From contig JAFSRR010000104.1 in NCBI GenBank assembly GCA_017446025.1, positions 44,026 through 108,025 on the forward strand: a DNA stretch of 64,000 nucleotides, in the 5' to 3' direction. Positions 53,194 through 61,619 of this stretch are shown here, piece after piece. The position numbers and the translations under genes are program-made. The notes beneath the pieces were generated by a model, which was given only the letters and a program-made list of their open reading frames with translations, was not told the origin of the DNA and ran no database searches. Source of the DNA: Bacteroidales bacterium. GTDB taxonomy: Bacteria > Bacteroidota > Bacteroidia > Bacteroidales > UBA1402. Numbering within the stretch: the first letter of the stretch is position 1; every line of letters begins with the position of its first letter.

Positions 53194-55341
53194 TTATCTG
53201 ACAATGACTTTCTGCTGCACTGAGCGGCCATCGACCGTGAGCCGTACCAGATAGATACCCGGCTGGGCGGCCGAAGAAAGCGGCAGGCAGTAGCGGGCGC
53301 CGCCGGTGACCATCAGGCGACGGATCTGCTCAACCCGACGTCCCTGCATATCGTACAGTTCCAGACGGGCCAGGCCGTCACAGGGCACGGTAAAAGTCAA
53401 CTGTCCGTCGGACACAGCCAGGGACAAATGCGCTTCCCTGCCCAAAAAGACTTGCTCGGCTGCCGTGGGTGCCTGCTCATATTCGTAGGGACCCAGGTCA
53501 CGGGCGGCACCGCTCACAGGCTGCCAGGTAAAGGGGAAAGCCTCGTAGAGCGGACTGCGCAGATCCAGCCCTTTGTCTATCAAGACAGAATTGGCGCGAA
53601 GACGGGCGAAACGCGTCGGCAGGCTTCCGTCCACACCGCGGGGCGCTTTGGCATCCTCTTCCGACAGACTGATGTAGTCGGCCTCCGAGAAACCATTATT
53701 GATCACCTGGCGGGTCCAGGCGTTCTTGATGACGGTCAGTGCGTTGTGGGAATCGCTGAAGCGGCCTTTGATTTCAATCCGGCCCAGGCAGACATTGTTG
53801 TAGAACTCAAACTTGGTCGAATCCTCGCAATCTTCGAACATGAAATCGTAGCCGTTGCCGAATGCCAGGCAGTTGACCAGTTTGACGCCGTCCTTGTGGC
53901 TGTTTTCATCGAAGCCTTTCACCGAGCCGGTCTTGTTATTGTTGAAAGCCACGCAATTCCATGCCTCGTGCACACCCTTGGAAGAGCCGCCCGTACCGTT
54001 GCCGCCCAGTTTGATGCCATTGCCGTTGCCCTGGAAGGAGCCCGATGCTTCCACCCAGTCGAACAGACTGGCACGTCCCGAACCCCAGGCCCAGCATTCG
54101 ATCAACTGGACGCCGAAATCGGTCTCATACAGGTCCCAGGCATCGTCGCTGTTGTCCCAGGCCCGGCAGCGGATAAAGCGGTTGCCCAGGCCATTGTGCA
54201 TTTTGCAGGCAAAACCGTCGGCATCGCTGCCGAAGTTGTCGCTGTCGCAATTCAGGTAGGAATCGCAGTCGATGATGTCGTTGTAGGCGCAATAAGAACC
54301 GTCGTTGGCGCTGATGCCGGGGTGCGAGTCGCTGAACTTGTGTCCGAAGCCCAGTTGCAGTCCCGTGTCGTCGTTGTAGCTGAAAGTGCAGCGCTCGATG
54401 ATGTTGTGCGAGCCCTCCAGTTTGATGCCGTTGTCGCCGGCCCGGGTGATGTGCAGACCGTAGATATGCCAGTAGTCACCTGCGAGCAAAATGCCGCGGA
54501 TACTCTGTTTCTTGGGCTGATCCTTGAAATTGAGCACCGGAAACTCGCCGGGGAAGGTCTTGATGGTATAACGGGCTGCTGCCGTGCCGCTTTTGGTGAT
54601 CCTGACCGTGGTCTTGGATCCGTCGGCTTTCATTGTGGGATAATAGGTGCCGCCGCGCACGTAAATGGTATCGCCCGGCACAGCAGTATCGACAGCCTTC
54701 TGGAGATTATAGTAAGGATGTTCCCACGACCCGTCGCCGCTGTCGTTGCCCCAGGTGGCCACATACAGGCAGTGCTCCGTGCTGTGCGGGCCCTCCCAGA
54801 GGAGCGTATCCTGCGGCTCGGAATTGACGGGTTCTCCTTCACTTCCCTGTCCGCCGCTGACGGAGCCCAGGACGATTTGTATGTCGTCCAGGTAAATGGT
54901 ACCGTTCTGGCAGGTGAACCTGACATAGACAGCCGTGTCGTTTTCCTGCGATTGGAGACTGTAGGAAGCGCTGCCATAGGGAGTGGACGACGAGGCGATG
55001 GCCGTACCGACATCATTCCAGTTGATGCGGTCGGTGGATTTCTGGATCAGTAAGGGTTTGCCGCTACCCGACCCCCGGAACTTGAAACTGAGACTGCCGG
55101 GTTGGAAAAGGGCCGGTGTCTCGACATAGCTGCCCGTCGACATGGTGGCCCGCTGACTGTTGTTGTCCTTCTTGCCATAGACGCCCAAGATGCGCCACAC
55201 TCCGGAAGACAAGGTAACCTCTGTTTCAGTGTCAGGGGCCGAAGAAGGCAGTCCCTGTTCGAACCCTTCGGTCAGTGTCTCTGCTCGAGAAAGGAGCAAT
55301 CCACTGATAGTCAATACTATTATAACAATCGTTTTTCTCAT
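53194..55341 (-). CDS. T9SS-secreted right-handed beta-helix pectate-lyase-like enzyme (PL9/DUF1565 type) with an N-terminal beta-sandwich domain
   Basis: 715 aa from ATG 55341. The signal peptide is MRKTIVIIVLTISGLLLSRA. The entry motif is YVATWGNDSGDGSWEHPYYNLQKAVDTAVPGDTIYVRGGTY. Beta-helix rungs include GIKLEGSHNIIERCTFSYNDDTGLQL, DGFACK and NSDDAWDL. The T9SS C-terminal domain reads LELYDMQGRRVEQI and PGIYLVRLTVDGRSVQQKVIVR. Confidence 0.8.
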   Translation of the reverse strand: MRKTIVIIVLTISGLLLSRAETLTEGFEQGLPSSAPDTETEVTLSSGVWRILGVYGKKDNNSQRATMSTGSYVETPALFQPGSLSFKFRGSGSGKPLLIQKSTDRINWNDVGTAIASSSTPYGSASYSLQSQENDTAVYVRFTCQNGTIYLDDIQIVLGSVSGGQGSEGEPVNSEPQDTLLWEGPHSTEHCLYVATWGNDSGDGSWEHPYYNLQKAVDTAVPGDTIYVRGGTYYPTMKADGSKTTVRITKSGTAAARYTIKTFPGEFPVLNFKDQPKKQSIRGILLAGDYWHIYGLHITRAGDNGIKLEGSHNIIERCTFSYNDDTGLQLGFGHKFSDSHPGISANDGSYCAYNDIIDCDSYLNCDSDNFGSDADGFACKMHNGLGNRFIRCRAWDNSDDAWDLYETDFGVQLIECWAWGSGRASLFDWVEASGSFQGNGNGIKLGGNGTGGSSKGVHEAWNCVAFNNNKTGSVKGFDENSHKDGVKLVNCLAFGNGYDFMFEDCEDSTKFEFYNNVCLGRIEIKGRFSDSHNALTVIKNAWTRQVINNGFSEADYISLSEEDAKAPRGVDGSLPTRFARLRANSVLIDKGLDLRSPLYEAFPFTWQPVSGAARDLGPYEYEQAPTAAEQVFLGREAHLSLAVSDGQLTFTVPCDGLARLELYDMQGRRVEQIRRLMVTGGARYCLPLSSAAQPGIYLVRLTVDGRSVQQKVIVR

Positions 55342-55394
55342 CTTTGCAAAGGATTTGTCGGAGCAAAGAAAACGATTATTTCTGAGAAACACAC

Positions 55395-55430
55395 AAAAAA
55401 AAAGACGGTTCTCTTCGTGAGAATCGTCTC
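55395..55430 (-). terminator. Rho-independent terminator after cysK
   Basis: The minus strand has an 11-bp stem agacgattctc/gagaaccgtct (one A-C mismatch) with loop acga, followed by a T9 run (plus-strand A-run 55395-55403). Confidence 0.65.
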
Positions 55431-55450
55431 TTTTGCCACAGAATTGGATG

Positions 55451-56377
55451 TTATTCCGAAAACAGCGCTGTCGAGAGGTATCTCTCGCCCGTATCGGGCA
55501 GCAGTACAACGATGTTTTTGCCGGCGTTCTCAGGACGGCTGGCCAGCTCTGTGGCAGCCGACAAGGCTGCTCCCGAGGAAATACCCACCAGGATCCCTTC
55601 GCGCTTGGCCAGCAAACGGCTGGCCTCGAAGGCGGCCTCGTTTTCCACGGTCAGGATTTCGTCCACTACCTCGCGGTTGAAGGTGGCAGGGACAAAACCG
55701 GCACCGATGCCCTGGATCTTGTGCGGACCGGGGGCTCCTCCACTCAATACGGGCGAGGATGCCGGTTCGACAGCCACGATGCGTATGGCCGGATTCAGCT
55801 GTTTGAGGCGCTTGCCCACGCCGCTCACCGTGCCCCCGGTGCCTACGCCGGCTACAAAGATATCGACTTTGCCCTGGGTGGCATCCCAGATTTCCTGGCC
55901 GGTCGAAGCATAGTGTTTCTGGGGATTGGCCATGTTCTCGAACTGCTGCAGGATGATGCTGCCGGGAATGTTGTCGCGCAGTTCCTCAGCCTTGGCGATG
56001 GCTCCTTTCATGCCGGCAGCGCCGGGCGTGAGTTCCACCTGTGCCCCGTAGGCCTGCACCAGACGACGACGCTCGATGCTCATGGTCTCGGGCATGGTCA
56101 GAATCAGATGATAGCCTTTGACGGCCGACACCCAGGCCAGTCCCACACCAGTGTTGCCGCTGGTGGGTTCGATGATGGTGTCACCCGGTTTGAGCAGGCC
56201 ACGCTTTTCGGCATCTTCGATCATGGCAAGAGCGATGCGGTCTTTGACGCTGCCACCCGGATTAAAAAACTCCACCTTGGCAATCAAGGCATTGTCAAGT
56301 CCCTGTGCTTTCGAGAAGCGGGACAATTCGACCAGAGGGGTGTTCCCCACCAAGTCCGTGATGTTTTTCGCAATCAT
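55451..56377 (-). CDS. cysK: Cysteine synthase A (O-acetylserine sulfhydrylase)
   Basis: 308 aa. It contains NPGGSVKDR (the PLP lysine), [12 protein letters not shown] and GVGTGGT. Confidence 0.95.
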   Translation of the reverse strand: MIAKNITDLVGNTPLVELSRFSKAQGLDNALIAKVEFFNPGGSVKDRIALAMIEDAEKRGLLKPGDTIIEPTSGNTGVGLAWVSAVKGYHLILTMPETMSIERRRLVQAYGAQVELTPGAAGMKGAIAKAEELRDNIPGSIILQQFENMANPQKHYASTGQEIWDATQGKVDIFVAGVGTGGTVSGVGKRLKQLNPAIRIVAVEPASSPVLSGGAPGPHKIQGIGAGFVPATFNREVVDEILTVENEAAFEASRLLAKREGILVGISSGAALSAATELASRPENAGKNIVVLLPDTGERYLSTALFSE

Positions 56378-56404
56378 AGTAATAGAAATTTATTGAGTTA
56401 ATAA

Positions 56405-57697
56405 TCAGATTTGTTCCAGGGCCTGCGAAAGGTCGGCGATCAGGTCGTCCACATGCTCCGTGCCGATCGACAGACGGATCGAGGCAGGCGTGATATGCTG
56501 CTGCTTGAGTTCTTCTGGGGTCATCTGCGAATGCGTGGTGGTGTAAGGATGGATCACCAGGCTCTTCACATCGGCCACATTGGCCAGCAGGGAGAATATC
56601 TTCAATGAGTCGATAAAACGCCAGGCTTCCTTCTCTCCCCCCTTCACCTCAAAGGTAAAGATGCTGCCGGCTCCCTGGGGATAGTATTTCTCATAAAGTG
56701 CATGATCGGGGTGGTTTTTCAAGGAAGGATGATTGACTTTGGCCACCTTGGGATGGGAAGCCAGGAACTCGACCACCTTCAAGGCATTGGCCACATGACG
56801 CTCCACGCGCAACGACAGTGTCTCCAGCCCCTGCAACAGGATCCAGGCATTAAACGGCGATATGGCCGCGCCGGTGTCGCGCAGGATGACCGCCCGGATA
56901 CGTGTCACGAAGGCGGCTGCCCCGGCCACGTCGGCAAACACGGCCCCATGATAGCTGGGATCTGGCTTGGCCAGTGTGGGATATTTGTCGGCATTGGCCT
57001 TCCAGTCGAAAGTGCCGCCATCGACGATGACACCGCCCAGGCTGCTGCCATGTCCGCCGATAAACTTGGTGGCCGAATGGACCACGATGTCGGCCCCATG
57101 CTCAATGGGCCTGATTAAATAAGGAGTACCGAAGGTGTTGTCAATGATCAGCGGAATATGATGGGCATGGGCCAACTTGGCTAGATTGTCCAGATCGGTG
57201 ACATCTGAATTGGGGTTGCCGAAAGTCTCGGCATAGATCACCTTGGTCTCGGGGCGAATGGCCGCCTCGACAGCTGCCAGGTCATTGACATTGACAATGC
57301 TGTTGCTGATGCCCTGGGTGGCCAGCGTGTGGGTAATCAGGTTGAACGAGCCTCCATAGAGGTTGTCGGCTGCGACGATGTGGTCGCCCACACCCAGAAT
57401 GTTCTGCAGTGCATAGGTGACGGCAGCGGCGCCGGAAGCGACGGCCAGGGCGGCCACTCCGCCTTCCAGTGCAGCGATTCGCTGCTCGAAGACATCCTGG
57501 GTGCTGTTGGTCAGACGGCCATAGATGTTGCCCGGATCCTTCAGGGCAAAACGGTCGGCGGCATGCTGTGAATTGCGGAACACATAGGAAGTGGTCTGGT
57601 AAATAGGCACGGCGCGGGCATCGGTCGCGGGATCCGGCTGTTCCTGTCCGACATGCAGTTGCAATGTCTCGAAATGAAGTTTTCTGTTCGTACTCAT
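56405..57697 (-). CDS. metY: O-acetylhomoserine/O-acetylserine sulfhydrylase (PLP, Cys/Met metabolism family)
   Basis: 430 aa from ATG 57697. The sequence starts [18 protein letters not shown] and continues with [10 protein letters not shown] and [10 protein letters not shown] (the PLP lysine). Confidence 0.85.
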   Translation of the reverse strand: MSTNRKLHFETLQLHVGQEQPDPATDARAVPIYQTTSYVFRNSQHAADRFALKDPGNIYGRLTNSTQDVFEQRIAALEGGVAALAVASGAAAVTYALQNILGVGDHIVAADNLYGGSFNLITHTLATQGISNSIVNVNDLAAVEAAIRPETKVIYAETFGNPNSDVTDLDNLAKLAHAHHIPLIIDNTFGTPYLIRPIEHGADIVVHSATKFIGGHGSSLGGVIVDGGTFDWKANADKYPTLAKPDPSYHGAVFADVAGAAAFVTRIRAVILRDTGAAISPFNAWILLQGLETLSLRVERHVANALKVVEFLASHPKVAKVNHPSLKNHPDHALYEKYYPQGAGSIFTFEVKGGEKEAWRFIDSLKIFSLLANVADVKSLVIHPYTTTHSQMTPEELKQQHITPASIRLSIGTEHVDDLIADLSQALEQI

Positions 57698-57751
57698 AGT
57701 CTTGTTTTTTATGTTTGAAATTTGTTTGAGTTTTCTGTTGTTTCGACGTGG

Positions 57752-57784
57752 CAAAATTACATCGACAAAGAATAATCTTCCAAA
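57752..57784 (-). promoter_or_regulatory. Bacteroidota-type promoter of metY-cysK
   Basis: The minus strand reads TTTG (57784-57781), N21, then TAATTTTG (57759-57752). The leader is about 48 nt. Confidence 0.5.
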
Positions 57785-57788
57785 TTAT

Positions 57789-57819
57789 TTTGTAAGTTCA
57801 GTAAATAATTCTACATTTG
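57789..57819 (+). promoter_or_regulatory. Bacteroidota-type promoter of the Lrp/AsnC regulator gene
   Basis: TTTG (57789-57792), N19, then TACATTTG (57812-57819). Its -33 element lies 4 nt from the -33 element of the divergent metY promoter. Confidence 0.55.
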
Positions 57820-57888
57820 CACATTCAAACAAAATTTTCAACCAATACGAGACTCAAATATGGGTCCCCGCAGAATAAAAAACTTCCC

Positions 57889-58386
57889 ATGGCATATCTG
57901 GATCAGACCGACATCCTGCTGCTGCAGGCCCTGCAAGAAGACGCCTCCCTCACCACCAAGGAACTGGCCGCCAAGGTCAACCTCTCGCCCAGTCCAGTGT
58001 TCGAGCGCATCAAAAGGCTCAAGGAACAAGGATTTATCCGCAAATACATTGCTGTTTTGGATGCAGAGAAACTCAACTGCACCTTCGTGGCCTTCTGCTA
58101 CATCAAGATGAAGCAGCATTCCTTCGAGAACGCCCAACTCATCATGAAAGCGGTGCAGCACATGGAGGAAGTGTCCGAGTGTTACAATATCACCGGTGAC
58201 TACGACTTCCTGCTCAAAGTCTATGTGGAAAGCATGAAAGCCTACCAGGAGTTTGTGTTGAGAATCCTGGGTGAACTGGACTGCATCGGCGGGCTGAACA
58301 GTTCCTTTGTAATGGGCGAAGTGAAGAATACCCGTCAGATTCCCTTCAAGGCCGTACTCAGACAGGCCTCTTCAGATAACCTCTAA
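57889..58386 (+). CDS. Lrp/AsnC-family transcriptional regulator
   Basis: 165 aa from ATG 57889. The HTH region is MAYLDQTDILLLQALQEDASLTTKELAAKVNLSPSPVFERIKRLKEQGFI, followed by a RAM/ACT-like C-terminal half. Confidence 0.88.
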   Translation: MAYLDQTDILLLQALQEDASLTTKELAAKVNLSPSPVFERIKRLKEQGFIRKYIAVLDAEKLNCTFVAFCYIKMKQHSFENAQLIMKAVQHMEEVSECYNITGDYDFLLKVYVESMKAYQEFVLRILGELDCIGGLNSSFVMGEVKNTRQIPFKAVLRQASSDNL

Positions 58387-59090
58387 TCAAAGGCCAGGCC
58401 GCTGTAGCGGCGCAGATAGAACTGGTCGATTACGCCATTTCCCTTGCGTGTGACCAGAAAACGGACGATCTCGGCCACTTCCTCGGGCTGGATGAGTTCT
58501 GAGGGCTTGATGTCCGGACGCATTTGGGTGACCATTTCCGTGGCTACTCCACCCGGTGAAATGAGATGTACGCGGATGCCGAAGGGCTGCACCTCCTTGG
58601 CAAACACTTTGGTGAACCCCGTCAGGGCATGTTTCGACGAAGCATAGACCGATTGGTTGATATAGCCTTTGAAGCCCACCACCGAAGCAATATTGATGAC
58701 AATGGGCCTGGTTGATTGCTTGAGGTAAGGCAGCGCCTCCTTGCAAAGGAAGAAAGGCGCACGGGCATTCACAATCATGATCCGGTCCCACTGTTGCGGT
58801 GTGACATCGATAAAACTGCCCGATTGGGACAAGCCGGCACAATTGACCAGCACATCGATGCCACCAAACCGGGCAACCGTCTGGCGGACAATGTCGGCCG
58901 GCGCTTTTTCCTCAGCCAAATCGGAAACAATTGGAATGGCTTTCACGCCTTTTTCCCGTGCTGCTTCGACCACGGTTGTCAAGGCCGTGCTGTCGCGGCC
59001 CACCAATGCCAGATCATAGCCGCAAGCGGCCAGTTCAAGGGCAATACACTTGCCTATTCCGCGCGATGCGCCTGTCACCAATGCTATCAT
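58383..59090 (-). CDS. Classical SDR-family oxidoreductase
   Basis: 235 aa. It contains MIALVTGASRGIGK, NCAG and YASSKHAL. It overlaps the convergent lrp-family gene by 4 nt. Confidence 0.85.
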   Translation of the reverse strand: MIALVTGASRGIGKCIALELAACGYDLALVGRDSTALTTVVEAAREKGVKAIPIVSDLAEEKAPADIVRQTVARFGGIDVLVNCAGLSQSGSFIDVTPQQWDRIMIVNARAPFFLCKEALPYLKQSTRPIVINIASVVGFKGYINQSVYASSKHALTGFTKVFAKEVQPFGIRVHLISPGGVATEMVTQMRPDIKPSELIQPEEVAEIVRFLVTRKGNGVIDQFYLRRYSGLAFD

Positions 59091-59135
59091 AGTCGCTATT
59101 ATTATAAGGTGTCCCTGCCATCATTCGCAGGCATG

Positions 59136-59175
59136 AAAAAAGGCTCTGCCACGGTCGTCAAAGACTTGCAGAGCC
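59136..59175 (-). terminator. Terminator candidate after tRNA-Gly
   Basis: The minus strand has a perfect 8-bp stem ggctctgc/gcagagcc with an 18-nt loop, followed by a T6 run. Confidence 0.5.
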
Positions 59176-59176
59176 T

Positions 59177-59252
<76 letters not shown>

Positions 59253-59289
59253 GTTTGCATTTCAGGACAGGATTTCCCTCAATGCGGGG

Positions 59290-59320
59290 CAAAAATACAG
59301 CCTTTTCCTGAAACTGCAAA
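59290..59320 (-). promoter_or_regulatory. Bacteroidota-type promoter of the second tRNA-Gly
   Basis: The minus strand reads TTTG (59320-59317), N19, then TATTTTTG (59297-59290). The site ends 37 nt upstream of the mature 5' end. Confidence 0.55.
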
Positions 59321-59360
59321 TCTTTTTTTTCGGAAATGTTCGAAAAACCTCCAGGCTCCC

Positions 59361-60572
59361 CTATTTGATGCCCAGTTTCTTGCGGATGTCCTTGGGCACG
59401 GCATCCTTGTGGACCAGGATATAAATGGTCTTGTAACGGACGAATGCCTCCGACACATACCAGATGCCCTGATACTTGCTGCTGGTGCCCCATGAGTTCT
59501 TGACCATGTAGTATGGCTTGCCGCTCTGGTCTTTGGCCAGGCCATAGATGAGCATGCCATGGTCGTCGGTGGTTTCCCAGTTGTCGTAGCCCTGCTGACG
59601 CATTTCCTCGGTCACTTCCATCTCAGGCAGCGGCTTGGCCGTGAGTTCCTTGCGCTTGTCGGCGGCCGACAGTCCCAGCCAATGGGCCATGTCACTGCCG
59701 GTGAGATCGGCTCCCTTGCCTTCATCGACCACCACGCCGATACCCTGGCGGCTGAAGCCCGTTTCGCTCACATCGGCGCCCCAGGCGATGGTATAGCCCT
59801 GGTTGATGGCATAGGAGAACACTTGCATGAACTCGTCGAGCGGCAGATTGTACGACTGGGCCTGACGCCAGTTGTCCTGGATCTCCAGGGCGAAAGTGGT
59901 ATAAAAGGGATGGTGTGTGAAAGATGTCAGCGACACATAGTCGTCCATATTGAGACCCAGCGACTCGGCATAGGACTTCGGGGTGTATTTCTTGCCTTTG
60001 TAAACGAATTCCTCGGGGCAAACACCCAAATAGGCGTCGTAAATACCTTTTAATCCGTTCTTCCAGACAGGGGTGAGCTTTTTGGGATTGCTGGCCAGCA
60101 AGGCCTTGAGATAGCCCTCGGCCACAGCATCAAGTTCGTTGTGGACAGGCAGCGTGTCACCGTAAAGGATGCCAGGCATCACCTCCTGGGGCACCATGCC
60201 GTAGTTGCGCCAGCAATAGGCCACATCGAAGAAGCTGCCGCCGGGTGAGAACGACACGTCGCCATGCAACCGCACAGTGCGCTCTGCCCGGTCTTCCATG
60301 GTCTTGTGCACCACAAACATTTCCGACAGATCATACTCTCCTTTGCCCAGCCGGAGGAGCTCCGACTCAAAGAAACCGATCGACGAGAAACTCCAGCACG
60401 TGCTCGAACGGTTCTGGTTCTTCACCGTCGTGATGGGATTCTCCTTGACGGTGGTAAACTGGAAGCCTTCTTCCTGCGTTTTTTTCTGCTCTTCCTGAGC
60501 GGCCGCTGGCAAGGTCGGGACTGTGGCCAGCAGGAAAGCCGTCACTTTGGCGAAACGGGATATTTTTTTCAT
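59361..60572 (-). CDS. Secreted C1-family cysteine peptidase (aminopeptidase C / bleomycin hydrolase-like)
   Basis: 403 aa from ATG 60572. The signal peptide is MKKISRFAKVTAFLLATVPTLPAAAQ. The catalytic Cys motif is QNRSSTCWSFSS, and a DDHGMLIYG His region and KNSWG are present. Confidence 0.75.
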   Translation of the reverse strand: MKKISRFAKVTAFLLATVPTLPAAAQEEQKKTQEEGFQFTTVKENPITTVKNQNRSSTCWSFSSIGFFESELLRLGKGEYDLSEMFVVHKTMEDRAERTVRLHGDVSFSPGGSFFDVAYCWRNYGMVPQEVMPGILYGDTLPVHNELDAVAEGYLKALLASNPKKLTPVWKNGLKGIYDAYLGVCPEEFVYKGKKYTPKSYAESLGLNMDDYVSLTSFTHHPFYTTFALEIQDNWRQAQSYNLPLDEFMQVFSYAINQGYTIAWGADVSETGFSRQGIGVVVDEGKGADLTGSDMAHWLGLSAADKRKELTAKPLPEMEVTEEMRQQGYDNWETTDDHGMLIYGLAKDQSGKPYYMVKNSWGTSSKYQGIWYVSEAFVRYKTIYILVHKDAVPKDIRKKLGIK

Positions 60573-60598
60573 ACTGTGTATTTTGTTTGATTGTGGCA

Positions 60599-60606
60599 CA
60601 AAGATA
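60599..60606 (-). promoter_or_regulatory. Candidate -7 box for the C1 peptidase gene
   Basis: The minus strand reads TATCTTTG, 27 nt upstream of ATG 60572. No properly spaced -33 element is present. Confidence 0.3.
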
Positions 60607-60722
60607 ATCATCTTCGCCTAATAAGAATCCATTCAAAGATTTTCTTTTCCACAGCCCGGCAAAAGCCGTCATCAGACAGGTAAAATCGTCAAACCACCCG
60701 GTAAATCACACAAGCAAATTTA

Positions 60723-60828
60723 ATTGTGGGTTCATTGTAGGTTCTTTGTGGGTTTATTGTAGGTACATTGAAGGTTCATTGTGGGTTCATTGTGGGTTTA
60801 TTGTAGGTTCATTGAAGGTAGATTGTCG
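60723..60828. repeat. Degenerate 11-bp tandem repeat array, about 9.6 units, consensus ATTGTGGGTTC
   Basis: Units read in register from 60723: attgtgggttc, attgtaggttc, tttgtgggttt, attgtaggtac, attgaaggttc, attgtgggttc, attgtgggttt, attgtaggttc, attgaaggtag, attgtcg. The array is non-coding. Confidence 0.9.
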
Positions 60829-60836
60829 ATGAGTTT

Positions 60837-61619
60837 TTGAACGGCAGAGACATCATATTTGGACTGTACAAGGAAATCTTGCTTTTTGATGTATTTCGTT
60901 CGGTGTTTTTGATGTGCTTTATTCAATACTTCGACTACTACAACAACCCAACCAGTCCCATTATTGCCTATTACGCTCCCGCCTGGGCGACAGATGCCGA
61001 TATTGCCGCCTGGCGGGCCGACGACCCCTACGGACAGAAAGCCAACACCATTATTACGAAGACCACGCTGGAGAATGTCGGTATCGGGCCCTCCACTCAG
61101 GTGAACGCCACCTGGAAAGAGCGGCGTTCGATGGACCTGGGCGTTCCCTGTATCAAGAAGTTCGACGACTATACAGCTGCTTCCATCGCCAACCGTTCCT
61201 CGTCGTGTAGCACCCACGATGTAGTTCTTTCCCGTCTTGGCGAAGCATACCTGATTGCTGCAGAAGCATACCTTCAGTGCAACGACAGGCTCAAGGCCGC
61301 CGACATGATCAACAAACTGCGTCAGCGTCCGGGCACTGTCAAGACCGGATTCGAAGCTGCCATGAATGTGACTGCCGGCGATATCACCATCGACTTCATC
61401 CTGGACGAACGAGCCCGCGAAATGGCCGGTGAATATGTCCGTTATACTGATCTGAAACGTACCCACAAGCTGGTTGAATATGTAACAGCCTACAATGAGG
61501 ACGGCGTCACGGATGCACAGATGAAGGGCGACGACGGAAAGTACAAGATACTGCGTCCGATTCCACAGGATGCTCTCGACAAGAACCAAACCAAGGTCGC
61601 ACAGAATCCCGGCTATTGA
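60837..61619 (+). pseudogene. 5'-truncated SusD/RagB-family gene remnant (C-terminal ~230 aa only), with no adjacent susC
   Basis: The C-terminal half of the SusD family is recognisable: SRLGEAYLIAAEAYL, DFILDERAREMAGEYVRYTDLKRT and ILRPIPQDALDKNQTKVAQNPGY at the very end. Full-length members are about 500-600 aa. The apparent TTG start and first ~25 codons look non-homologous. Confidence 0.7.

Noticed and set aside
53428-55053. 541-aa plus-strand ORF opposite the PL9-like gene
   Set aside because: This is an antisense shadow. The minus-strand product has a signal peptide, beta-helix rungs and a T9SS C-terminal domain.
55342-55394. Palindrome ctttgcaaag and repeated CTTTGC immediately upstream of the PL9-like start, considered as a promoter or operator
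   Set aside because: No TAnnTTTG box is present, the spacing does not fit the promoter consensus, and a 10-bp palindrome alone is weak evidence.
57698-57751. SAM riboswitch or T-box-like leader upstream of the metY-like gene
   Set aside because: The predicted leader is only about 48 nt and A-rich, with no conserved riboswitch helices.
59254-59330. Inverted repeat plus T8 run read as a plus-strand rho-independent terminator
   Set aside because: No plus-strand gene ends nearby, the loop would be about 38 nt, and the element coincides with a consensus minus-strand promoter. It is reinterpreted as a DNA-level inverted repeat around the tRNA-Gly promoter.
60723-60828. The 11-bp tandem array considered as a CRISPR array or as a coding repeat
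   Set aside because: There are no spacers between units and no cas genes in the window, so it is not a CRISPR array. The unit length is not divisible by 3 and stop codons appear in the repeat frames, so it does not encode a peptide repeat.
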